A stretch of 64,000 nucleotides of DNA from Glaucostegus cemiculus (taxonomy: Eukaryota). The stretch's first letter is position 1. Each line of letters begins with the position of its first letter. Under the pieces are notes generated by a model. That model was not told the DNA's origin, did no database searches, and saw only the letters and a program-made list of their open reading frames with translations. The stretch covers positions 1 to 64,000 of the forward strand of contig CDPCPM010000091.1 of the NCBI GenBank assembly GCA_976551045.1, given 5' to 3'. Made by a program: the position numbers and the translations under genes. Positions 12,431-23,995 of the stretch are shown here, in pieces.

Positions 12431-15400
12431 TATCGGAAGGAAAAAGTGAGACTTATGCCAGTCTGTTGACAGCTGTAATGTAATCTGTATGGTTATCAAT
12501 CAACCAGCTCTCCTGCAAATAGATTTACTCTGACAAAATTGATTTTTTAATATAAATGCAAACCATACACATTCAAGTTTATATGCATGCAGCTGAAGAC
12601 GTATGTAAGTCAATCATACTTCCCCTTCCAATTTTCATGCAAGCACTATACAAGTTAAAACTCACTACCAATTTCTCGCTGTGAAACACAGATAGGTAAT
12701 TAACGGTAGCCTTAACAGGAATACCTACATCATGCAAATGAATCTTAAAAATTGAAGGAATATTCCCCACAGGAGGGGTAGATAAAATAGCAACTTTTAT
12801 TTATGGAAATTAAATTCTGAATTTTGTGCCGCTTGTTAACCAAGTGATAGTTCAACACTAACTTTTATATTTCAGACATCGAATCAGTTTCACAGCAGCA
12901 GAATTTGAGGCTGCAATATATTTTTTGCCCTTTCACAAAACCCAAAAACATTTGCCTCGTGTGCCATCATACACTCTGATTTACTTCCATTTACCACAGA
13001 TGCTGTTCTATGATCTCAAGAAAAAAATCATAACTTGATTTCAAATTTGTGACGGAAGTGAGTAGTAGTCTAACCCCACTGAATATTGTTCCAAGATTAC
13101 TCAGCCTGAATTCAAAGAGACTGACATCAGCAAAGGAAATATTCAAACCATTAGCATTGAGTTAAAACCCCTGCAACTTTACAAGTGGATCAAAGATGAC
13201 CTTTAAGCACATATCCTCTGACACTTTTCCTCCTCTGTTAAAACTAAACAACTTGAAGTTCAACAGCCAATATGTCAGCTGCATTTGGTCATGGTCCAAA
13301 ACACAAGTCCAAAAACTAATGGAATGATATCAATTATATGAAGTGCAATGAGCTGGCACCAAACTAAATTACCATGGAGACAAAACAATTAAAGCTGTGC
13401 AAGACTGGAGTTAAACCCCTTCGGCCATTTTCACATCCTTCTTAAAACCCATCTTTTGTATGATGGTATTGCATATCTTGTCTAATTTCTCCCACCAGGA
13501 CTCCACATCTGTTCACATTCAATTTTCCTCTGTAAAGCAGCTGGAAAATTTACTACATTAAACACACGTATAAATTACATTTTTAGCATTAAAAAAATTT
13601 GGTGGCTCTCATCCACATTTTTAACACACTGAAAGTAGTTAAAAATAAAGTTACAGATCAAGTTTCACGTGTATTACAGAATGCTTGCTTTTTATTGCTC
13701 AGAGTTGGAGTTATTAATGTTTTTTTGGTTGCGCAAATTCACATTTCCAGAGAAACTGAAAGCAAAGTTCCTAAAACCTTGATACTACTTCCACAGAACT
13801 TACTTTAAAATCTTTTCTTTGGGGAAAACAAAGCCAAGTAATGACCTGAAAATTAGTCTTAATTCAGAAATAAATTTACTTTATTTCTTGGCCTTGCTTC
13901 AGGATTCATTTAGCACAAATAAATCAAGTAGACATCCAAACAAGGGTCATTTTACAATAGAGCAAAGGAACACACTGTAATAAAGTGACACGATATAAAT
14001 AAAGATTATGCAAACCCAGTCATGTCAAATTCTTGCTATGATTATATTAATGAATTAGAAACCAGAACCATTTATAATTATATACAAAGAGATCCTAACA
14101 GGTGTGAATATTGATTCCAGCCAAATAATTTGCCCAACATGAAGTGATGTGCTATTTAAATATTTGAAACATTAACGAGAATACAGGTATTTAGCTGTAT
14201 TTATCTAGCTCCCTTTCAATTATAACTACATATACAAGTGATGACAAGTCTAGACCATTTATGCAAATTAACTGATTTTGTTAAGAAACATATGGCCATT
14301 AACTTGTGTTTGTGCATAAATTATCAGCTTTTCAGTAATCATGATAAACATCACTTGTCACTTATTCCTACCTTCTTTAGTCCATCTGCTTCTGAAAATC
14401 TTCAATCATGTCAGCTTTAGTAGTTACCAACACCATGCGCTCCAACCCAGCATCCCATCCTCTTCAAACTTCATCCTATCCAAAACTCTACCGGCCATAT
14501 CTTAACATTTATTGTATTCCATGACTTACGCAGGGTGTTATATTCCAATGCGGTCAATTTTGTTTTCTTATCCATTACACACATAAGAATGAACTTGAAT
14601 CAGTTACATTACTTCTCAACAGATTGTACTTGAGTACGGACTTCACAAGAATCAAAAATGCAGTGGGAAAATAGTGACCCTTGACAAATTTAATGGAGGC
14701 CAATTCGCTAAGTAGTTCACAAATTGGATTTGATTGCAGAGTTTAAGAAATTTTCTTAAGGAATTCAATTAGGATCGCCTTTACACTAGAATCTTGAAGG
14801 AAAATCTTTAGATCAATGAACAGTAATGAAACTGAAGGAAACTGAATGTGAAGCTACATACAATTAATTAACAAGGATCATTGAGACAAATGTCAAGATT
14901 TCAATAGTCACAGCTGATCCGATATAAGCTCTAAGCAATCCAGTGATATTACACAAGACAAATCAACAGAACACATTTTTTTAGCAACTGAAAACAATAA
15001 CAAATACCAAAGTTAATAACTGGCATTTCTACAACAATCCCTGCATGCCTGAAGATGCTAGAAACAATATCTACAACATTGGGGGGTGGGGGGAAAGAGT
15101 ATAGTGAACAGAGGAAACAATGGAGAATGAGGAACACCATGGAAAGGTGAAAAAGTGGAACTAAAAAGTGAAATTTTCAAGGTGGCAACAAGATTGATTT
15201 GATAAAGAACAGGAGCAATAAAGAACAGGGGTGATTCAGTAGACACTGAATGTGAAGAGAAAAAGCAACAAAGAACTGCAAAGTGTGCATGAGACTCCGA
15301 AATACAGTAAAGTGAAATGGCAACGCATTCCATTTCATAACACAAGCAAAAATGATGCATCTTTTATATCAAATTAGTATGATTACCACTGGCAAATTTA

Positions 15401-16299
15401 AATACTTAATGCAAGCCTGCCAAGGCACAAACACGTTTTGACTGAATACCTTCAATAAGATTCAGAAAGAATTCCACAAGCAAAATTATAAATTTTCCAG
15501 GAGCTAACCATTTTGTTTGTAAGGTGAACAGGCCAATTGTCAACAAGATAAAATTAGACGTAGCTTTATGCATTGGCGTAGCTTTAGTTTGGAGAAGTAG
15601 AAAATTACAGGTGAGAATTCTAGGGTTGTCAAAATTGCAAATGATTGGAGACAAATACACCCATGACTAACTAAGATCTCAGGAAATCTAAGCCACACAT
15701 GATTGGACATTCTACATGCGTAGGTGGAAATTTTGGGAGGCTGAAGTGTATTCAGAAGTAAACAAAATGCAACAGCCAAAACCAAAACTAAACTTCAAGG
15801 AATTGAATGGAAAGAAAGAAATTTTGTTCAGGAAGATGGCCATAATTTTTGAAGGGCAGATGGCAGCAGGAAATTGATTGTTAAATGGTGCTGCAAAATA
15901 GAAAGCAGAATTCAGTCAACGAGTGCCAATAAATATTGGAACTACATGAAAATCTTATATTAGACAGAAGGAGGAGAGGATCTGAAGTATTGATGCATAG
16001 TTATTGGCAAAATCAAGTGGCAATAAAGAAAATAGAATTTTGGATCAGATCTCACTCAACAATACATACATCATGGCTTGTGGGACTGTGCTAACACATG
16101 CATTTGTCCACATATGAAGCACAGTAGACACTGCAGTAAAGAATGGATATGATAAAGTTAGAAAACATGCAGCTGAAAATTATCCATCCAAATTCTCTGA
16201 TACCCGATATCTCAACAACAGGGTCTGCAGATTATGGAGATTTCTTGAAGTGGAAAACGCTGACAGGAGATCACATTGTCGAAATCATTGTCTTTTCTT

Positions 16300-16405
16300 A
16301 TATCATCTCAATGCACTTTTTAATGAATTGATCTGTATGAACTGTGTGCAAGACAAGTTTTTCACTATACCTCAGTACATGTGACAATAATAAACCAATT
16401 CCAAA
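16300..16405 (+). mobile_element. Rex-Babar LINE extreme 3' tail
   Basis: gatctgtatg..gcaagacaagtttttcact..cctcagtacatgtgacaataataaacc is the reverse complement of the other Rex tails. Confidence 0.8.
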
Positions 16406-17734
16406 TTGAATGTGCCTGAAATCTACCATTTGGAGGTTTGTTGTTAATCTCACGTGAGTAGACGAGTGCAGTTCAATTTGCAGATGAGATTTAACTATTT
16501 CACATGGGACAGCAAATGCTTACAACAGAGATTGCAGCTCTCAAGGTAAATGCTAATATCAGGTCTAATTTTTGAATGCAGGAATAAGCCAAGAGAGCCA
16601 TAATCTTTCTGATCTTGCATGCTCTTATGTAATTATGAATAGTACTTGAAGGAAAGAATGCAAAATTACATTTTAAAACAAGGGTATTTATATAGCTTGG
16701 GCACTGTTTAAAAAGGTAGAGCAGAGTTCAGTATATCCAAAGTGCAATAAATATCAATGAACACAATTATTCAATTTATAGCTTTAAATAATAAATATAG
16801 CTTAATGAAAACAAGAAATTAATTAACATAAACTAATCCTACTGGAGTTCTCAGAAACCTCAAAGCATACAAACTTAATACAACTGGACCAATAAAGGGG
16901 AAATATTCACACCAACAAATTAACAAAACTGCAGTGTTAGTGAATTTAAAACAAATTCAATTGAAGCATAATGAAATCTGTCTTCAATTCCAAATGATGG
17001 CTAACTTTAATTAGTCAATATTCCTGAACAAGTCTTGCCTTAGTCCGTTAATTTTTCCTGTGGTGAAGAAATACGCAGTTCAGCAAATGATACCTTGCCC
17101 ATTAAAATCCTATTAATAATATTGTTGCTGACCACCATCATTTATACGGCTGTATTTCTTAATAAATGTTTCATTACCATTACTAATTGCAGAAGACACA
17201 CTCAGTATGATTTAGTGAACAAAGATAAAGGAAAACAAATGCAGGCAACAATTTTCAATGCACTAAGTAAATGTCAAACCTGCAATGAGATAGCTGTGTA
17301 TTTTCTTTTAAATAACCTTTTCCTGTGACGTGCAGGTAATTCAATAATATTGCTGAGATGAATTTTTCCTCTCATAATAAACAAATAAGATTTGCATTAG
17401 CAACATCACCCAGAATACTTCAACCAATATTGCAGATAGGATGGAGGGAGGAAGGTTTTAGAAACATACCAGCCATAAGCATCAGCCTCTAACATGAGAG
17501 TGAGGAATCACTAATGGTAATGAGTCATAGCTATACAATTTTACCAAATTGTGTAAGCTACAAATTAAAAGTATACTTAGTACTGTTAGAACACTGAACT
17601 AATCAGGCAAAACTTGCTGGCATACTTGACCAAAGTTAGGTGAGGAACAATGCTGGTGGCTCAAGTTGTTCCAGTCAGTCTGAGGACATTTAGATCAGGA
17701 CACCTGGTACTGGAATGTTAAATATCTTATGTCC

Positions 17735-18955
17735 CTGAAGAATTGGGAGATGAGGATCAGGAGGACTTAACGAATGGAAAGCACAATAGGGATAAACCGG
17801 TGAACTATGGGCTGGTGTACCTTACATCAGTGGTAGCAAAATTAGTAGAAAAATTTCTAAGAGAGAGGATTTGTATTCACTTGGAAAGACAGTGACCAAT
17901 AAGGGGGATCCAGAGACTTTGTGCAGGGGAAAACCTCTCATAAATCTGATTGAATTTTTTTTTGAGGAGGGACCTAAGAAAGCTGATGAAGGCAGGGTGG
18001 TATTTGTGGTTTGAATGGACTTTAGCAAGGATCTTTGACAAGTTCCGCATGGTAGGCTGGTCTAGAAGTTAAAGGATAAGGGATCTGAGCTGTGTTGGCC
18101 AATTGGATTCAAAATTGGCTCAGTGATACAAGGCAGAGGGTAGCTTTCCTGCCTGGACGTCTGTAACGAGTGATGTACCATAGGAATCTGTGATGAGTCT
18201 CACACACGCACATATATAGAAATGGCTTGGAGAGAACAGAGGTCACCTGGTGAGCAAGTTTGCTGACAACACAAAAATTGGTGGTATCATCTAAGAATAG
18301 AGAGGAACATTGATCAAGCTGGGCAGTTGGGTGAAGTGATGGTAGATGGAATTTAATCCAGATGAGAGAGGTAATGCAGTTTGGGATGTCAAATACTGGC
18401 AGGACATAGGCAACAAATGGCAGGGACCTTGGGAGTGTTGATGCAAGTTCATCATTCTCTGAAAATGGCGAAATAAGGCAGTGAGCTAACATTTGGCATG
18501 CTTGCCTTCATAGGCCAAGGTACTGAGTATAAAAGTTGGGATGTCATGATACAGCTGTGCAAAACATCGGTTAAGCTTCATTTGGAGCACAAAGTACAGT
18601 TCTGGTCACCACAATACATGAAGGACGTGGTAGCATTAGAAAGAATGCAGAAGGGATTCACCAGGATGTTGCTGGAATGGAGGGCTTTAGTCACAGGGAG
18701 TGATTGGATAGGCTGGGTTTGTTCTCACTGGAGCAAAGCAGGCTGAGTGGTGACTTTATAGAATTTCATAGGATTATGAGAGGCTTAGATGGGGTGGATC
18801 GTCAATTTTTCCCCCCAGGGTAGGGAAGTCTAAAATGAAAAAAGCATAGGTTAAAGGTGAGGGGGGAGAAAATTAAAGATGTTCAGGGATATGGGCCGAA
18901 TGCAGACAAATGCAATTAGGGATCACGACTGGCATGGAGGAGTTGGGCTGAAATC
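17735..18955 (+). mobile_element. CR1 LINE RT fragment, decayed
   Basis: Contains an SKFADNTKIGG codon block (agcaagtttgctgacaacacaaaaattgg) and ORF 18498-18746 MLAFIGQGTEYKSWDVM..VQFWSP. Confidence 0.9.
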
Positions 18956-19950
18956 AAAGAGAACAAGGTCACCTTCACAGAGTGTTTTTGGATCATTACG
19001 GAGGGTTGGTAGGATGTGCTAAAGTGGCTACCTGTCCACTTGTAATTTTCATGTATAGTCGCATCACTAACTGTTAACTGCCAATTATTTTGTCTCAAAT
19101 AAGAAGACAATCAGCCAAACTCTCAGAGATTAATACTTACTTATTACAACAAATGTTCCTATGCCAATCAAAGAAACGGTCATTACAGCTGCATCTGTGG
19201 TCTGAGTAGTGAATGATCCACAAGGTTACCAGGACAACAAATTCAAACTCTGTTAACTTAACCATGCCAGACAAAATGTGCTGAATGGCCTTTTCCTAGA
19301 ATACACGTAACTTGTGTGTGCAAAATGTTGCACATCTTCAATATACTGTCCTTGTGTGAAGAAAACACCTGCTGATGGAATCAGTATGCACTTGAATGAA
19401 TCTTAGTCTGTGTACCTCCATGATGGTCTCCAAATTACAGAAGACAGTAGTAATACCACTTTAAAAGTAACTTGGACATTGTGAAACACTTTGAGTTCTA
19501 TGATGTGAAAGGCATCATATACATTTGAAGACATTAGAATTTCATGATCAGCTCAAGTGGGGCACAATCCAATCGACAAGGTTCCTAACATTACATTAAG
19601 CCATTTACATTGGTATAAAGGGCTTATTAGCTCTGCTGACAATTGTAACACTGCTACTCAAGGAAGAGTGGAATGAAAGAAAAACAGGGAACCAAAGGCT
19701 AGTTGGCCTGAATCAGCTTTCAGGAAAATACCAGTATTCATATTTGAGGAAATGGTAAAGGGGTACTTAGAGTAAATATGATTCATAAATTTATGGGCTT
19801 GGAGAATGAAATTATAGGGCTACATAAGAAGCACCAATTGAATGTTACAGAGGCATCTAATGTGTACCATATACAGTTTGTTAAAATAAAAAATAAAATA
19901 AATGGATAGATGATTGGTTAAGGATAGGATGGGAAGCCATCAGCATCAGA

Positions 19951-20010
19951 TCTATCTCCCTCTCTCTATCAACCAATATCTATCTATCAACCAATATCTA
20001 TCTATCTATA
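19951..20010. repeat. (TCTA)n-derived simple repeat with an 18-bp tandem duplication
   Basis: tctatcaaccaatatcta occurs at 19965-19982 and 19983-20000, flanked by tcta units. Confidence 0.85.
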
Positions 20011-20019
20011 AAATATTCC

Positions 20020-20612
20020 AAGTCTTTCAATGATACAAAAACAAGAGGGAAAGATATTGAGTTGTGAGGATGCAAAGAGCCTGCAAAGTTTTGTTGAGAG
20101 GTTCAGTGAGTGGACAAAACAGTGGCAGATGTAGGACAACCTGAAACAAAGTAAACACTCACTTTGATAGGAAGAACAGAAAAAAGAAAATAATTTTTAT
20201 TTAATAAGAAACCAATAAATATGAGTATTGGTAGACTGACTCATGAAACTTTACAAGTGTGCAGATACTGCAAGCAATTAGGAAGATAAATGGTACAGTG
20301 GTTTTTACTGCAAGGAAGTCAGAAATACAAAAGTAAAGTCATTTTGCTCCAACAATACAGGGTTTTAGCAAGATGCACCTGAATGGCTGTGCATAGTTTG
20401 GTCTCGCTGAAGAAAGAATACGTTTGGTTTGATGACCAAGCCGTTTAAGCTCATCAGCTTGATCATCCAATATAGAAAGATCAAGAAAGACTGGAGCAAT
20501 GAACAATCTGCTTGACCTGCTGAGTTCCTCCAGCAGACTGTTTGCATTGCTTTAGATTCCAGCATTTGCAGGCTCATGTCTCAAGGAAGATTGGCCTGTG
20601 CTTACTGGAGTA
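20020..20612 (+). mobile_element. Old CR1 LINE fragment, interrupted by a Penelope-like piece
   Basis: gagtggacaaaacagtggcagatg (EWTKQWQM), aatacaaaagtaaa and gtgcatagtttggtctc are decayed CR1 RT blocks. Confidence 0.7.
20495..20580 (+). mobile_element. Penelope-like terminal fragment with small fold-back and probable TSD
   Basis: Core is gacctgctgagttcctccagca...gattccagcatttgcag. Flanks are tcaagaaagactgg (20481-20494) and tcaaggaagattgg (20581-20594). Confidence 0.65.
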
Positions 20613-20619
20613 AAAATCC

Positions 20620-20980
20620 CTATCTTATCCAATCTTTCCCCCATAGCTATAATTTTCTAGTCTTGCTGACACATTCACAAACCTGCTCAGTACCCTCTCC
20701 AATGCAATCACATCTTTCCTGTAATGTAATGTAATGACCAGAACTGTATGCAGCACTTCATCTGTGGCCTAATTCATATACAGTTCTGGCATAAACCTCT
20801 CTAGTCTTATATTTGATGTCCTAGCTAATAAAGGAAAAAAATGTGCCTTTTATTAAGCACTTTATCCACTTCCCCCACACATGTTAAGGATCAGCGAACA
20901 TACACACCAAGGTCCTGCATTTCCTCCACATAACTCGATATCCGATCATTTATTGTAAATTTTCCTGTCTCACTGGACCT
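20620..20980 (-). mobile_element. CR1 LINE fragment, decayed
   Basis: ccctctccaatgcaatcacatctttcctgtaatg..gaccagaactgtatgcagcact is the reverse complement of the CR1 CIQFWS..YRKDVIALERV block. Confidence 0.8.
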
Positions 20981-22794
20981 GAAACTGTGTTGATTATGAT
21001 GACCTGCTTGAAAAGACCCCTGCTCATCCATTTAGAACATTCTAAATTCTTTGCATCTATCTACACATTTTATTTATGCTCTAGCTGCCTAAATAATTCC
21101 AGGCAGTCTGCCCTGCAGCCAATTCACAGAAGCAAAGAGAACTAGCCATTCAGGAGATTGATGACATACCTGCTCACCACTAAAGATAAATGACCACTGT
21201 ACATGAACAGCCAAAAGAAGGGAATACCAAAGAGTGGAGGTTAGACACTTGCAGTGATCACAAGACATAAACAGAAGCTGAGTCAACTTAAAACGTCAGC
21301 AAATAATTCATCAAGCATCACAATGGGCCGCTTCTTCCCTCGGTCTAAGTAATGGACTAAGTACTTTCATCTGGAAACCTATCTGATGACGGCTGACCTA
21401 TTTTGGCAGTCCAGTGCAGGAAACTTGGACTCGAATTATGTGTTTCTGCAGAATAAGCTGACATAATTGGATTTCACAATTTGTTTGTGCACTTGCTTGC
21501 CTTGCTATTCTGATTCTTAAGAGTTTTTTTTAAGTCCAGGAAACAATACCAGAACTCTTGGCAAGAAACACTAAACCTAAAATGTTAATTGCCTTTTCAT
21601 ATTGTGATCACTAATGGGGTAAGTTTGCACAATTTTTTCCCCACTCTCAAAACACTGGTCCTAGCATAAACACATTATAGTTGATTTTTGTTGCCAAGAG
21701 ATTCAATAGCACAATTTGGTTTTACTATTTTAGCACTTCAATATAAAAAGCAGGTGGTCTGATAAATGTAAAGATTTAATTCAGAACAGACAAGATTAAT
21801 ATTAATTTCAAACTTCATTTTCAACATTGAGGTTAAGATTTTTGAAACATACTCCATAAAAAAAAGTCCAAAGGGCAAAAACAGTTTCTGTATCTGCCTG
21901 CCACTTTAAAGGCTTTTTGGAAATGATCATGCATTGCCATCTGAGAAGGACAATTGCTACACAAGACTACAACATTGGGCAAGGACAGAATCTAATAACT
22001 GCAACATGATTTACACAGACCATAAAGCTTATAGAAACCCAGCATAGAATTGTAATTATTCTTGAAATAATATGTAACCTCCACATAGAAGAATAAATTC
22101 TAGCTTGACTGCATGCTTTTTTCCCCAGAAAGAAAGCAAGCATTATTGCAACGTCACTCATGTTATATAATGCTGCAGTGGGAGTTAGGTGATATCCAAT
22201 AGGCAGCTATTACAAGTGGGAGCCCCACCCCGCACCCCCCCTCCCCCCAGTATGAGCCTTGGATTGTGAATATGACTTGAGCCATCCAATGATCTCTGAT
22301 TCAGTGCCTACTATTGCTGAACAACACTACAAAATGTAATAAGGTCATATGACTGAATGAATGTTCTTTTTTCAAACAGATCATTGGATAAATCTTATAA
22401 AAGCTATTTTAAGATATTCTGGTCATTTCTTTACTAACCAACACAAAGATTCATTCTATTTTAGTTGGGTTCTGAACTTGCTATAATTTGCCTGAAAACA
22501 ACTACTAGATACAAATGCCACTGATGAGTGAAAGCACAAGGAAGCCCTTCCAAATCAGAGGATGAGCATCATCCCTGATATTCTAGTGATTAATAAGCAG
22601 AGGTTCCTTCTAATTAAATAATGTTCCGTTTTACTTCTGCCACAAATTGTTCTTTAGCGACTGACTCCATCCATCTTTCTCACCACTAGCCAAAGGGGAA
22701 CCACCAGCCTGAAGTCACTGCAATCTTAATTCAAAGATGAGCTGTCAATCCTATATTCTCTTCATTAGCAAGACAACCACCTCCAATTTCAAAC

Positions 22795-23115
22795 ATAAAA
22801 GATCCTAGGGGGTCTCAACAGGATTGATGTTGAGAGGGAGAGGCATGAACAAAGAAACATAGTCACAAGATAAGGGGCTGGTCATTTAAAACTGAGGTAT
22901 GTAGAAATTTCTGTCAGAGGGTAGTGAATCTCGAGAACTCTCTGCTGTGGAAACCAGATCACTAGAAATATTTAACGTGGAGATAAATAAATATTTGAAA
23001 GAATTAATGGCTACGGGGAACTGGCACTGAAGAGTTGAAGCCAGCATAGATCGGCCAGAATCATTATTGTGAATGGTGGGGCACATGTGAGAGACTGTGG
23101 TTTACTCCTGTTCCC
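22795..23115 (+). mobile_element. CR1 LINE 3' end
   Basis: aaaactgagg..gtagaaattt..tcagagggtagtgaatc followed by a tail ending tactcctgttcc. Confidence 0.8.
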
Positions 23116-23534
23116 AACTCTGCTGTTAACTAGAACATCTGCTGCTGAATCCTCAATGCTTCTTTGCTCCTAAGACTAACTACCTATCGGGCAACCTTCA
23201 TTAACTTGAGATCCGGTATTCTGTTCTAATCTTCTAATTTGCATCAAATCACTTTTGCCCCTTATTTATTAAGCATCATCTCATTCTGTCTACCTCCAGC
23301 TCTACAACTTTGACATCTGACTTCCTCCAATTCTGATTTCTCATACATTCTTGAAATAGAAACTCCTTAATACATTAAAAATAATGTTTCTGTTGTTTTT
23401 AAATTTACTTTAGTGAAATTACAAATGCAAAGTGTTTTCCAGAGGGATCGATGACCAGATTCAAATAAGTGGATTTGCCATTGGTACACCATACACCCAT
23501 GTTCTCCGCACATTAGTGCTCTGCTGCTGACCTC

Positions 23535-23995
23535 ATTGGTAATTGGTTTATTGTTGTCACATTTACCGAAATACAGTGAAAACTTTTTGTTTGCATGCCA
23601 TCCAGGCAGATTATACACAAGTACAAAAGCGAAAAAAAACAATGCAGAATAGTGTTACAGTTACAGAGAAAGTGCAGGTAGACAAATATAGGGCCTTAAC
23701 AAGGTAGGTTGAAAGATCAAGAGTTCATCTGTACAAGAGGGCCATTCAAATATCTTATAACAGCAGGACTTAAGCTGCCCTTGAGCCTGGTGGGAAGTGC
23801 TCCCATGCTTTTGTATCTTCTATTACGCGATGGGAGAGGGGAGAAGCGAGACTGATCAGGGTGGGAGGGATCCTTGATTATGTTGGCTGCTTTCCCAAGG
23901 CGGCGGAAAATGCAGTCAGAGTCAATGGTGGCAAGGCTGGTTTATATGATGGATTGCACTGTGTTCACAACTCTGCAATCTCTTACAGTCTTGTG
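23535..23995 (-). mobile_element. Rex-Babar-type LINE 3' end
   Basis: Colinear with the 10085 and 12010 copies (ggtttattgttgtcac...ttgagcctggtgg...gattatgttggctgctttcccaagg). Confidence 0.85.

Noticed and set aside
22521-22533. CTGATGAgtGAAA core-like motif
   Set aside because: Only 2 nt separate the boxes and there are no flanking stems.
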